A stretch of 64,000 nucleotides of DNA from NCBI GenBank assembly GCA_028281345.1, contig JANQKB010000051.1:7276-71275 (forward strand), in the 5' to 3' direction. This stretch comes from Chlorobium sp. (GTDB lineage: Bacteria; Bacteroidota; Chlorobiia; Chlorobiales; Chlorobiaceae). The notes beneath the pieces are model-generated. The model saw only the letters and a list, made by a program, of their open reading frames with translations. It ran no database searches and was not told the DNA's origin. The position numbers and the translations under genes are program-made. This document shows, piece by piece, positions 30,243 through 42,089 of this stretch (its first letter is position 1; each line of letters begins with the position of its first letter).

Positions 30243-30938
30243 ATGATCTCATTTGTCAACGTAGATCTGGAGCTTGGGAAAAAACCTATCCTCAAGGAAG
30301 TCAATCTTGCCATTGAACCGGGCCAGCTTGTCTATATCGTGGGGAAAAGCGGAAGCGGAAAAACAACGCTTCTCAAAGCGCTGTACATGGAAATCAAACC
30401 GACAAAAGGAGAAGTTTCCATAGGGGGATATAAATCATCCTCCATCAAAAGAAGGCACATTCCTCATCTTCGCAGAAAACTGGGCATCGTGTTTCAGGAT
30501 TTCCGGCTTCTCGAAGACAGAACAGTCTTTGAAAATCTCGCATTTGTACTCAAGGTTACGAACACAAAGAACAAGCTCATAAAAGACAGGGTGATGACCG
30601 CTCTTCAGGAAGTGGGTCTTGAACACGCAGCAAAACAGATGCCCTTGAACCTTTCAGGAGGAGAACAGCAGCGCATAGCGATCGCCCGGGCACTTGTCAG
30701 GGAACCAATAGTAATCCTCGCGGATGAACCTACGGGAAACCTGGACCCGGATACTTCACTGGAAATCCTCGAATACCTCAAAAAAATCAACCACAATGGC
30801 ATTGCGGTGATCATTGCAACGCACGACTACGAACTGGCACGCCACTACCCGTCAAAAACCATGCAGATTAACGGTCAATCTCTCCAGGCAGCAACCTTTG
30901 CCGATTCACCGGCAGGATACCGGCCGGTATCCTCTTAG
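30243..30938 (+). CDS. ftsE: Cell division ABC ATPase FtsE
   Basis: GKSGSGKTT, LRRKLGIVFQDFRLL, LSGGEQQR, ADEPTGNLD. The ATG at 30243 is preferred over the track start at 29826. Confidence 0.9.
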   Translation: MISFVNVDLELGKKPILKEVNLAIEPGQLVYIVGKSGSGKTTLLKALYMEIKPTKGEVSIGGYKSSSIKRRHIPHLRRKLGIVFQDFRLLEDRTVFENLAFVLKVTNTKNKLIKDRVMTALQEVGLEHAAKQMPLNLSGGEQQRIAIARALVREPIVILADEPTGNLDPDTSLEILEYLKKINHNGIAVIIATHDYELARHYPSKTMQINGQSLQAATFADSPAGYRPVSS

Positions 30939-31053
30939 GAACAACCTGCTCTCAGAAGAGTTTTGCCATGAAGAAGTGGTTACTTGATCGGGGGCACGTC
31001 CCCAGCACCTATAAATAAATACTATATCACCCATTTCGTTGTTTCCTTCCTAT

Positions 31054-31114
31054 GCATAACGCCAGGGCTCAATCGCGACACGCCAACGGCGTCGATTGCA
31101 GCCATTTGTTATCC
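31054..31114 (-). mobile_element. Integron attC site (59-base-element type)
   Basis: Minus strand: R'' GGATAAC, AAATG, L'' GCTGCAAT, central palindrome, L' ATTGAGC, CCTGGC, R' GTTATGC. The extra G in L'' fits the extrahelical base, and the TIR gene's TAA lies in R''. Confidence 0.8.
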
Positions 31115-32518
31115 CCCGTCATCAGTCTCACCTTCCAGTTCAGTAAAAGTCCTTATTGCGTCTTCAACATCATCAAAGACCTCATTTATGTTATCCGCCG
31201 GGTCTGCATCGGAGAGAATCTTGACAGAAGCAGCCAACGCTTGCTTCTTTTGTCGAATCGCTCTGTTGATTAGAGCAAAGCCGATGCCTGCCGCACCGCC
31301 TTCTCTTTCGGGCTTTTCTTCGTCCTTGGCCATGGATGAGGTGACTTCATCCAGTTCCACCTCAAAAAGCAATTTGAGTTTCTTTGTCTTCTTCTCATCA
31401 GGGATATCGCTGTTCTTGATTTCAGCAACTTGTGAAAGGAGTTGCCTGCCAAAATTGTGTCCGCCTTCCCACAATTTGTCAATCAGACCCTTGAAAGCTT
31501 CGGCTCCCGGGCCATCGCCCATGGTTTCTTCTTCATCGGCAGTTTCCGGCCGTTCTTCTTTGATTTCACCAGTCATCAATACTGGCCCCTGCCGAACTCG
31601 CAAGATGGCGTCGACATGTTTTTGATATGTAGCAGCGAGTTCCGGCGTGATCTGCAACACTTTACCGAGGTCGTTTACAAATTGGTGAATTTGTGCTGCA
31701 GAATCCAAGCGAAGCGCGTTGAGCCCCTTTAATGGGCCGGCAAGAACAGCTGCCGAAGTGCCGGGGGCCAGCAATGGAAGAAGGTGCTTCTTGACACCCC
31801 AGCGAGCGCCTAATTCAAAGACGACATACATCGAATCGATGCTGTTAGAAGAGATCACACCAATGAATGCTTCAGAGTCATGAACTTCACCGCGAAGTTG
31901 GTCATCGGTGTCGGCACCACCAGGTAGTCGATATCCATCGATACTTGTGCAGCGGATATCCCCAGCGTTCAAGTTGAGCGCTGAGCGAATTAGATCGACA
32001 AGTGGCTCTACTATCTCGACGTCTTTCGAGCAGTGGCTCACGAATAACTTAAGCATTGTAATGGCTCCTTGATTTCCTTTCGAAATTATCCTTTCGTCAA
32101 TAAAAAGTTTTATTTCTGATAGAGTGTTGTTCATCTCATTTTCAATTTCTGGCATATACCTCTCTCGAAGCTCTGGCTTTGAAGAATGTTCACACGATTT
32201 GGTCATGTTTTCAAATATTGATCCATGAAGTTCGGTATACATTTCTGAAATTGAAGTCGTAATCCTTGAGATAGAAACTCCAGTTAGAAATACAGCTTCA
32301 TCCGACATTACTTGAAGGTTTTGTATGCATATATCTCTAAATGATTTAAAGGCATTTCTGCCGATTTCTATTTCAGCAGCTATCGTTGCTCCCGACCGTA
32401 ATATTCCTTTAGCTGCATGCATATTATGCATGGCTTTCGAATTTTCTTGAACTTTTTCCTTTAGCCTCCCCAGTTCGATTTTAAGTCGTTGAATCGTGAT
32501 GTCACATAGGTCATTCAT
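31109..32518 (-). CDS. TIR-domain protein (probable internal start at 32056) with an AT-rich N-terminal extension
   Basis: LFVSHCSKD...AFIGVISSNSIDSMYVVFELGARWG TIR signature with the catalytic-type Glu. AAGGAG RBS lies 8 nt before the ATG at 32056. Confidence 0.85.
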   Translation of the reverse strand: MNDLCDITIQRLKIELGRLKEKVQENSKAMHNMHAAKGILRSGATIAAEIEIGRNAFKSFRDICIQNLQVMSDEAVFLTGVSISRITTSISEMYTELHGSIFENMTKSCEHSSKPELRERYMPEIENEMNNTLSEIKLFIDERIISKGNQGAITMLKLFVSHCSKDVEIVEPLVDLIRSALNLNAGDIRCTSIDGYRLPGGADTDDQLRGEVHDSEAFIGVISSNSIDSMYVVFELGARWGVKKHLLPLLAPGTSAAVLAGPLKGLNALRLDSAAQIHQFVNDLGKVLQITPELAATYQKHVDAILRVRQGPVLMTGEIKEERPETADEEETMGDGPGAEAFKGLIDKLWEGGHNFGRQLLSQVAEIKNSDIPDEKKTKKLKLLFEVELDEVTSSMAKDEEKPEREGGAAGIGFALINRAIRQKKQALAASVKILSDADPADNINEVFDDVEDAIRTFTELEGETDDGG

Positions 32519-32635
32519 TAGAAAATATTGATTGTTCGCCCAAGATTATTTTATTATCTGCGCTGTAGATTTTCCCAAGAATTTTTAAAAATTACCACAA
32601 TCTTGCTTTACGCTCAAACAAACGTCTGAATTTAA

Positions 32636-32737
32636 TGCCCGTAACAGCATACTATACTATTAGCATACCTATGCGACTAGCGAAAAGCCATGAGGACTGG
32701 TAGGTTACAGGCAAGAGATGCTGTAACGTTATGGGCA
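32636..32737 (-). repeat. attC-like imperfect palindrome upstream of the TIR gene
   Basis: Outer arms TGCCCATAAC / GTTACGGGCA (9/10 complementary) with inner AGCAT/ATGCT. Confidence 0.4.
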
Positions 32738-32763
32738 TATCTATTAGACGTATCGGGGAGACG

Positions 32764-32792
32764 AAAAAAAGCCCTGCTCTCTGTGCAGGGCT
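32764..32792 (-). terminator. Terminator downstream of nrdJ
   Basis: agccctgc/gcagggct stem with an A7 run. Confidence 0.75.
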
Positions 32793-32884
32793 CTTCACTT
32801 TGTTCAAAAGTCCGAATCTCGGCGGAATGTATCCAGGTAGCCACATTCAGAAACTCAACGGCAGGATACCCGGCCGGTGTCTTC

Positions 32885-35800
32885 TTAAGAACAGCCGGTC
32901 GTCATTCCGCAATCCTCGCAAACCTTGCAGGTTCCGTTCTGGCGGACTCTCATTGAACCACAGTTTTCACACTGCTCGCCGGAGTACCCCTGAACCTTTG
33001 CCTGTATAACCTGGGTATCAACAACTCCCGGCTGCTCTTTTTCTGCAAGTGACTTCGGCGCCTTACGATGTTGTCCGGCAGCGGCGGGAACCTCTGAAAC
33101 CCCGGAACCGCGGGCGGCGGTACCGTTCGATAGCCCGTCCTCACCTTCCGATTCATCATCTTCCGAAGAGATTTCATCAACCGCCTTGATATGAATGAAG
33201 TCTTTTCTGCCGAGATAATCGTAGCCGATGGAGCGAAAGACATAATCAAGAATCGATGTTGCATTTTTGATCACGCTATGTCCCTGAACCATTCCTGCCG
33301 GTTCAAATCTGGTGAAAGTAAAGCTGTCAACCAGTTCCTCAAGCGGCATGCCGTACTGAAGCGCCTTGGATGCAAGTACGGCAAAACAGTTAAGAAGACC
33401 TTTAAATGATGCCCCCTCCTTGTACATGTCGATAAATATCTCACCGAGAGAACCATCCTCATACTCGCCTGTCCTCAAAAAAACCTTGTGCGCACCGACA
33501 TATGCTTCACGGATATAGCCTTTCCTGCGTTTTGGCAGCATACGGCGTTCCGAACGGTGATAGATTCTCTCGACAATCCGTTCCTGCAGTTCTTTAGGGC
33601 CCTTGGTCTCGTCGAGGTCCTCCTCTGTTCCGAGCATAATCACTTCATCGAGGTCATCATAACTGTTGATATTGAGCGGCTGGGAAAGTTTTGATCCGTC
33701 CCGGTAGATGGTAATGGCCTTGATCATATGCTGCCATGCCGAGAAATAAACTTCCGCTATTTCCTGGTTCGTAGCCGTCGCAGGCATATTGACGGTCTTT
33801 GATATCGCTCCTGAAATAAAGGGTTGAACAGCCGACATCATCCGTACATGTGCCATATGGTTGATATAACGAAGCCCTTTACTGCCGCATTTTCCGGCAC
33901 AGTCGAATACCGGGAGATGCTCCAGCTTCAGATGGGGCGCACCCTCAACGGTCATGGTGCCGCAAACATAGTCATTCGCCGCTTCATAGTCGTCCGGGGC
34001 AGCTCCTAAAGCCTCGAGCATGTTGAAGTTCTGGTCCTTGAGCTGTTCCTCCGTAAAACCGAGGGCTTCACAGAAATCCTCTCCAAGAATCCACTTGTTG
34101 AACGCAAAGCGGATATCAAAAACATTTTCAAGCTGGGCCTCGACAGCCTCGACTTTATCCTCGGTGAACCCTTTGTTTTTGAGCCACTGGCGATTGATCG
34201 TCGGGCACCCGGACAATGTGCCGTGGCCTTTGCAATATTTCTCGATATCCTCTATCTGCTTGGGACTATAGCCAAGGCGTTCGAGGGCCTTGTGAACCGA
34301 CTGGTTGACAATCTTGAAATAGCCGCCGCCGGCAAGCTTTTTAAACTTGACAATTGCGAACTCGGGTTCGACACCTGTCGTATCGCAGTCCATGACCAAT
34401 CCGATGGTACCTGTTGGTGCAATAACGCTGACCTGGGCGTTTCTGTAACCATGTTTTTCCCCCATATCGAGCGCCTCGTCCCAGACCTTTCCGGCAGCTT
34501 CGAACAGATAGGTCGGACAGTATTCCGAATCTATCCCGCGGGGCCTGACTGTAAGTCCTTCATAATCTTCTTCCGACATGTTGTGCGCCGCCCTGCGATG
34601 ATTTTTTATTACCCTCAGCATTTCTCCGGCATTCTCCTCATAACGGGTGAAAGGCCCCAGATCCTTTGCCAGCTCCGCCGATGCCTTGTACGATTCACCG
34701 GTTATCAAGGCGGATATCGCTCCGGCAATCGCCAGCGCCTTTGGTGAATCATAGGGAATTCCCATGATCATGAGAATCGTACCAAGGTTCGCAAATCCGA
34801 GACCGAGTGTTCGGAATTCATAGCTGAGACGTGCAATTTCCCTTGAAGGGAAATGGGCCATCAGCACCGAAATTTCCAGAACTACCGTCCAGAGCCGTGC
34901 TGCATGAAGCAAATCGTCAACTTTTATCGCCCCCTGCTTTTCATCAAGAAAGCGCCCGAGATTCAGACTGGCAAGGTTACATGCGGAATCATCAAGGAAC
35001 ATGTACTCCGAACAGGGGTTGCTGGCATTGATACGGCCGCTTTTCGAACAGGTGTGCCAGTCATTGATCGTTGTATCGAACTGCAAACCGGGATCGGCGC
35101 ACTTCCAGGCACTCATCACGATCTTATCCCAAAGGTCACGGGCTCTGACCGAGCGTGCATGTCTGCCTGTTGTCCGCTCTTTCAGCTCCCACAGTTCATC
35201 ATTTTCAACAGCTTTCATGAACGCATTGGTGACCCTGACGGTATTGTTCGAGTTTTGACCGGACACCGTCTGATACGCTTCCGATTCATAATGAGTGTTG
35301 TACTCATCGAAGTCGAGCGATGTAAACCCCTGATCCACAAGCGAAAGTACCCTGACGATGTAATTCATCGGAACACCACGACCAACAGCGTTTTTGATCA
35401 GAATGTTCAGCTTTTCATTCTGGTGCCGGTCACTGCCGTTGTCAACAGCCTCATCGACAATTGCCTTGAGAAACCTCGAGCAGACTCTGGAGCCCGATAC
35501 CAGTGACGCCACCTTGTCTTCCTCCCTGGCTTTCCACTCTATAAACTTTTCTACATCGGGATGGTCGATATCGACAATGACCATTTTCGCAGCTCTCCGG
35601 GTTGTACCTCCGGATTTTATAGCTCCTGCGGCGGAATCAAAAATCTTGAGGAAACTCATCAGACCGGAAGAGCTTCCCCCTCCACTGAGCTTCTCCCCTG
35701 ACGAACGAAGGTTTGAAAAGTTGGTGCCGGAACCGCTGCCGAACTTGAATACCCTCGCCTCTCGTACGGCAAGATCAAAAATCCCGCCATCGTTTACCAG

Positions 35801-36373
35801 GTCATCCTTGACCGATTGGATAAAACATGCATGTGCCTGAGGCCTTGAATAGGCGTCTTTCGACTCCTTCGTTTCACCACTCTTGCTGTCAACATAAAAG
35901 TGGCCCTGTGCCGGACCCTCTATGCCGTACGCATACTTGAGGCCTGTATTGAACCACTGTGGCGAATTGGGGGCACCCATCTGACTGACCAGCATATAGG
36001 CAACCTCGTCATAAAAAGCCTGGGCATCCTCCTTGGTATCGAAGTAGCCATGTTTTTCTCCCCACTCTTTCCAGCAGCCGACAAGGCGGTGAACAACCTG
36101 CTTGATCGAATGCTCACTACCGGTCACAGGCTGCCCTTTCTCATCCAGCATGACATTACCCTTCTCATCCCGCTGTGGCACCCCTGTTTTTCTGAAATAC
36201 TTTTGCGCGAGAATATCAGCGGCAACCTGGGACCACTCTTTCGGCACTTCTACATCATTCATTTCAAATACCTTCGATCCATCGGGGTTTCGAAGTACCG
36301 ATGAACGCATCGTGTACTCGAACATATCGTAAACATTGCGGCCTTTCGTGGTAAAACGGCGGGAAATCTTCAT
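32885..36373 (-). CDS. nrdJ: Class II (B12-dependent) ribonucleotide reductase
   Basis: PNSPQWFNTG, ACFI, GSGSGTNFS, GGTTRRAAKM, ASNPCSEYMF, CNLAS, APTGTIG, ITIYRDGSK and a C-terminal CxxC...CxxC zinc ribbon. Confidence 0.96.
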   Translation of the reverse strand: MKISRRFTTKGRNVYDMFEYTMRSSVLRNPDGSKVFEMNDVEVPKEWSQVAADILAQKYFRKTGVPQRDEKGNVMLDEKGQPVTGSEHSIKQVVHRLVGCWKEWGEKHGYFDTKEDAQAFYDEVAYMLVSQMGAPNSPQWFNTGLKYAYGIEGPAQGHFYVDSKSGETKESKDAYSRPQAHACFIQSVKDDLVNDGGIFDLAVREARVFKFGSGSGTNFSNLRSSGEKLSGGGSSSGLMSFLKIFDSAAGAIKSGGTTRRAAKMVIVDIDHPDVEKFIEWKAREEDKVASLVSGSRVCSRFLKAIVDEAVDNGSDRHQNEKLNILIKNAVGRGVPMNYIVRVLSLVDQGFTSLDFDEYNTHYESEAYQTVSGQNSNNTVRVTNAFMKAVENDELWELKERTTGRHARSVRARDLWDKIVMSAWKCADPGLQFDTTINDWHTCSKSGRINASNPCSEYMFLDDSACNLASLNLGRFLDEKQGAIKVDDLLHAARLWTVVLEISVLMAHFPSREIARLSYEFRTLGLGFANLGTILMIMGIPYDSPKALAIAGAISALITGESYKASAELAKDLGPFTRYEENAGEMLRVIKNHRRAAHNMSEEDYEGLTVRPRGIDSEYCPTYLFEAAGKVWDEALDMGEKHGYRNAQVSVIAPTGTIGLVMDCDTTGVEPEFAIVKFKKLAGGGYFKIVNQSVHKALERLGYSPKQIEDIEKYCKGHGTLSGCPTINRQWLKNKGFTEDKVEAVEAQLENVFDIRFAFNKWILGEDFCEALGFTEEQLKDQNFNMLEALGAAPDDYEAANDYVCGTMTVEGAPHLKLEHLPVFDCAGKCGSKGLRYINHMAHVRMMSAVQPFISGAISKTVNMPATATNQEIAEVYFSAWQHMIKAITIYRDGSKLSQPLNINSYDDLDEVIMLGTEEDLDETKGPKELQERIVERIYHRSERRMLPKRRKGYIREAYVGAHKVFLRTGEYEDGSLGEIFIDMYKEGASFKGLLNCFAVLASKALQYGMPLEELVDSFTFTRFEPAGMVQGHSVIKNATSILDYVFRSIGYDYLGRKDFIHIKAVDEISSEDDESEGEDGLSNGTAARGSGVSEVPAAAGQHRKAPKSLAEKEQPGVVDTQVIQAKVQGYSGEQCENCGSMRVRQNGTCKVCEDCGMTTGCS

Positions 36374-36580
36374 AGCGGTATGTCCTTTTAGAAATAATAA
36401 ACTTACGGAGCCTCTAACCTATTGCATTAAAGTCACTTAAACAAAATCATCCATCACCGGGCAACGATAATGGGGGTATGAAAAATAATATACACCTGTT
36501 CTGCGGTAATAAAAAACCTAACGAAAAGACAAAACCCCAAGATCCATCCGGGGTTTTGAAACCATAAGGATTGCGGCAAT

Positions 36581-36610
36581 AAAAAAACCCCCTGTCGAAG
36601 GGGGTTTTTT
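36581..36610. terminator. Bidirectional-type terminator after icd
   Basis: aaaaaaaccccct-gtcga-agggggtttttt. Confidence 0.85.
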
Positions 36611-36631
36611 CATGGTCATTCCACTCTGCTA

Positions 36632-38875
<2,244 letters not shown>

Positions 38876-39067
38876 TTATGCACTTATGATTGATTATGAA
38901 CTACTACGAAACGTCCTCTTGAAAAAATTCATGCTGCCACCCGGCAAAAAAACAGCCCCCTCATCGCCGATAACAGGCGATTTCAAAATTTCATATGCCA
39001 TGCCGAAAACCGTCAAGTCTTTGGCAGAATAAAAACCGGAAACGGTGTGTGTCGAGTCCCCGGCAGA

Positions 39068-39949
39068 TTATTTGGAGGGTGAAAAATCTTCCAGCCCGAC
39101 CCTTTCAGCAAGCTCCTTGTCATGAAGAGCTTCATGGGCAAGCCTGATCATGGGTATGGTTGCCCCCATGGAGCTGTAGCCCCCGTCATGAAAGAGATTC
39201 TGCATTGTCACCTTTCGTGTCAGATCACTCAGCAGGGTAACTGCATACTCTGCACACTCTTCCGCCGAAGCGTTACCAAGCGGAGACATAAGGTCACTGT
39301 ATTCGTGCATCTTTTCAAAACCTGGGATACCGCTTCCGGCCTTGGTGTACGTAGGGCTCTGTGAAATCGTGTTTATGCGGATACCGCGTTGTGCAAGGCG
39401 TGGCCCGTAACTTCTGACTATCGATTCAAGCAGCGATTTGGCATCCCCCATATCGGAATAGGTCCAGTAGTTTCTCTGGGAAGCGATATAGGACAATGCC
39501 AGAATGCTTCCTCCGTCATTCAGTACATTGTTTTTCAAGGCATACGATACCAGCCGATGCAATGAAATCCCCGACACATTCAATGTCTTCATAAACCATT
39601 CGTAGTTCAGTTCCTCATAGGGAACCTGCTTGCGAATGTTTTGCGACATTCCTATCGAATGAACGATAAAATCAACGGAACCCAGTTTCTCCTGAAGCTC
39701 CCTGAATGCATTATCAACATCCTCGTCCTTGCTCGCGTCGCACATGATAACAGGAGCATTACCACAAACCTCAGCTAACTCGTTTATGTTACCAAACCTC
39801 AATGCAGTAGCTATATTGGAAATTGCTATCTCGGCTCCTTCCCTGTAGGCATGCAAGGCAACCTGCCAGCCGATGCTGCTCTCATCCAGCGGGCCGAAAA
39901 CAATCCCTTTCTTTCCTCTCAAAAGACCGTAATGCGCTTTATCAGGCAT
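39068..39949 (-). CDS. fabI: Enoyl-ACP reductase
   Basis: GKKGIVFGPLDESSIGW, SILALSYIA, Y..MGDAKSLLES, RINTISQSP. Confidence 0.85.
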   Translation of the reverse strand: MPDKAHYGLLRGKKGIVFGPLDESSIGWQVALHAYREGAEIAISNIATALRFGNINELAEVCGNAPVIMCDASKDEDVDNAFRELQEKLGSVDFIVHSIGMSQNIRKQVPYEELNYEWFMKTLNVSGISLHRLVSYALKNNVLNDGGSILALSYIASQRNYWTYSDMGDAKSLLESIVRSYGPRLAQRGIRINTISQSPTYTKAGSGIPGFEKMHEYSDLMSPLGNASAEECAEYAVTLLSDLTRKVTMQNLFHDGGYSSMGATIPMIRLAHEALHDKELAERVGLEDFSPSK

Positions 39950-40073
39950 GTTATAAGCTGATTCTTTTAACAGTTATCCGGGGCGAAAACCACCTGCAAA
40001 ATTAACATTTTAAAAGGAGAAGATACAAAGAATACAACCAAATGCACAATGTATCACCAAGAAAACTTGCTTT

Positions 40074-40105
40074 AGGACGCCTCTTTTAATTGTCGTGAGC
40101 GACCT
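40074..40105 (+). repeat. Left-end fragment of the MITE-like repeat
   Basis: aggacgcctcttttaattgtcgtgagcgacct matches the element's left end; it lies a few bp from the ArsA-like gene's stop. Confidence 0.7.
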
Positions 40106-40111
40106 GAACCT

Positions 40112-41413
40112 TTAGAATTTCATTTTCCTCAACGAGCGCAGCTTGTTCAGCACGTTCTTGTTCACGTTCAGTTCCATCTCTTCCTTATCAACGGGAACCT
40201 CCCTGAACAGCAACCTCAACAGATCGTCCTCCCGAACATATTTTTCCATTTCCAGACTGTAGAGCGCTCTGGGAAGCGTAATGATACGCTGAGCACGGTC
40301 AACAGTTACAACGATATCGGTGCCCATCCGCTTCACCTCGACATTTTCCGCTTCTTTCAGAAACGGGATACGAATACAGAGTATTTCAAGATGCTCTTCG
40401 CCGTGCGCGCTTTTCTTGGACTCGATCCAGAAATTTTTTCCTGAATAATAAACCTTGTCAGGAGACTTGTCGCCAAAGACCAGCTTACTGACTTCATGGA
40501 GCGCGTCCGGGCCTATCGGCTCGGTACGCTGCAACTGACAGCGAAAAACCGGTGTCGGATAGAATGAGTTATCGATTTCCATCAGATATTTGCTGTGCAG
40601 GTCTGCCCAGAACTCGAAATACTCACCCACCGTCTTTGATGTCGGCAGAATCTTGTTGATAACGATACCGTCAATATTGATCCCGTAAAGATGAACGAAG
40701 GTGTATGCCCTTTTTGTTTCGAGAATTGAAAGTTTTTCAGGGTTGAGAACAAGTCGAAAAGTAACTTCCGGCCCAAGAATGAATTTATTGATATCCTCCA
40801 TCTGTTTCAGCAGGACATTGACCTCATTGAAAAACTCTTCATCAGGAATTGAGTTTTTGCCCATCGGGCGCGCAAGAGAAGACATGCTTTTGTACAACTT
40901 GAAAAACTGTTTGCCCATATTCCCCCCGATTATAATTTCAGGGTAGGCAAGCAGTCTGAGCGTATTACCTGTTGGAGATGTATCAAGCACAACGGCATCC
41001 CATTTGCCGGACTGTGCCTCGTCAACCAGTCTGCTCAACGCAAAGATTTCATCGAGCCCCGGTTGTGTCGTCAGTTCGGAAGCCATTCCGCTGTCTATTC
41101 CCTGGTTCTGGTAAGACGAAGAGACAAATTTCTGAAACCCGGACATGTTTTTCTTCAGCTCATGAATGGTATCGACTTCAAGACCATACAAATTTTGCTC
41201 GATCTTTTGGGGTTCGTTCCTGCTTATAGGAGTGTTGAATACGTCCGAGAGTGAATGGGCGGGATCGGAAGACATGATAAGCACCCGTTTATTTTTTCTC
41301 GCCAAAGCAACAGCCGTGGATGAAGAAATAGTGGTTTTACCCGTTCCCCCTTTGCCGGAATAAATAATTACCCGTGGTTGTGACTGACCCTCTTCGAGAT
41401 CCCTGGACAACAT
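40112..41413 (-). CDS. ArsA/GET3-family ATPase with a C-terminal HSP20-like domain
   Basis: SGKGGTGKTT, SSDPAHSL, PGLDE, LDTSPTG..LRLL. Confidence 0.9.
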   Translation of the reverse strand: MLSRDLEEGQSQPRVIIYSGKGGTGKTTISSSTAVALARKNKRVLIMSSDPAHSLSDVFNTPISRNEPQKIEQNLYGLEVDTIHELKKNMSGFQKFVSSSYQNQGIDSGMASELTTQPGLDEIFALSRLVDEAQSGKWDAVVLDTSPTGNTLRLLAYPEIIIGGNMGKQFFKLYKSMSSLARPMGKNSIPDEEFFNEVNVLLKQMEDINKFILGPEVTFRLVLNPEKLSILETKRAYTFVHLYGINIDGIVINKILPTSKTVGEYFEFWADLHSKYLMEIDNSFYPTPVFRCQLQRTEPIGPDALHEVSKLVFGDKSPDKVYYSGKNFWIESKKSAHGEEHLEILCIRIPFLKEAENVEVKRMGTDIVVTVDRAQRIITLPRALYSLEMEKYVREDDLLRLLFREVPVDKEEMELNVNKNVLNKLRSLRKMKF

Positions 41414-41486
41414 AGATTTTTTCTCCTGTTTTAATCCGAAATTCCCTTTGGCAGGTTTAGAGCACTAAAAGTACCATTTTCCAGCT

Positions 41487-42071
41487 TCATATAAAATGGA
41501 TCTTTCTCCTCAACGCATGGCGCAGAAGCTCCATATACTCTGCATGATCAACTTCCACAGCGCCAAGACGACCAAGGTGGGGGTTCATGATCTGAGCGTC
41601 AAGAAGCTCGTAACCCTTTTTTTTAAGATGAACTACCAGGCTATCAAAAGCCACTTTGGAAGCATTGGAAATGTTGTAGAACATGGACTCGCCGAAAAAA
41701 ACCCCTCCAATTGCAAGCCCGTACAAACCACCGGCGAGCTCATTCCCGCAGTAACACTCAACACTGTGCGCAAGTCCTTCTTCGTGAAGCTCCGTGTACA
41801 CCGCAATAATCTCTTCTGATATCCATGTTTGCGATTCTTCTTGACGTGGGGTGGCACAGCTGCGGATGACTTTTTCGAAGTTGCGGTTAAAACAAACGTC
41901 GAACGTCCCCTTTCTGACCAGACTTCTGACAATCCGGGATGCACGGTAGCTGTCAAGAGGAATGATCGCCCGCCGGTGCGGCTGACACCAGTAAACTTTC
42001 CCGTCTTCCGGGTCAGCCATAGGGAAATAGCCCTGAAGATATGCCCGGATGACTTCATCAAGCCTCAACAT
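41487..42071 (-). CDS. aat: Leucyl/phenylalanyl-tRNA--protein transferase
   Basis: AYLQGYFPMA, TWISEE, AHSVE, GGLYG..IGGVFFGESMF, ASKVA, LLDAQ. Confidence 0.95.
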   Translation of the reverse strand: MLRLDEVIRAYLQGYFPMADPEDGKVYWCQPHRRAIIPLDSYRASRIVRSLVRKGTFDVCFNRNFEKVIRSCATPRQEESQTWISEEIIAVYTELHEEGLAHSVECYCGNELAGGLYGLAIGGVFFGESMFYNISNASKVAFDSLVVHLKKKGYELLDAQIMNPHLGRLGAVEVDHAEYMELLRHALRRKIHFI

Positions 42072-42089
42072 GTTTCCCCCGGACCATTC

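Noticed and set aside
36374-36631. Cobalamin riboswitch or NrdR boxes upstream of nrdJ
   Set aside because: No B12-box or convincing NrdR palindrome. The hairpins present are explained as the icd terminator and a simple stem.
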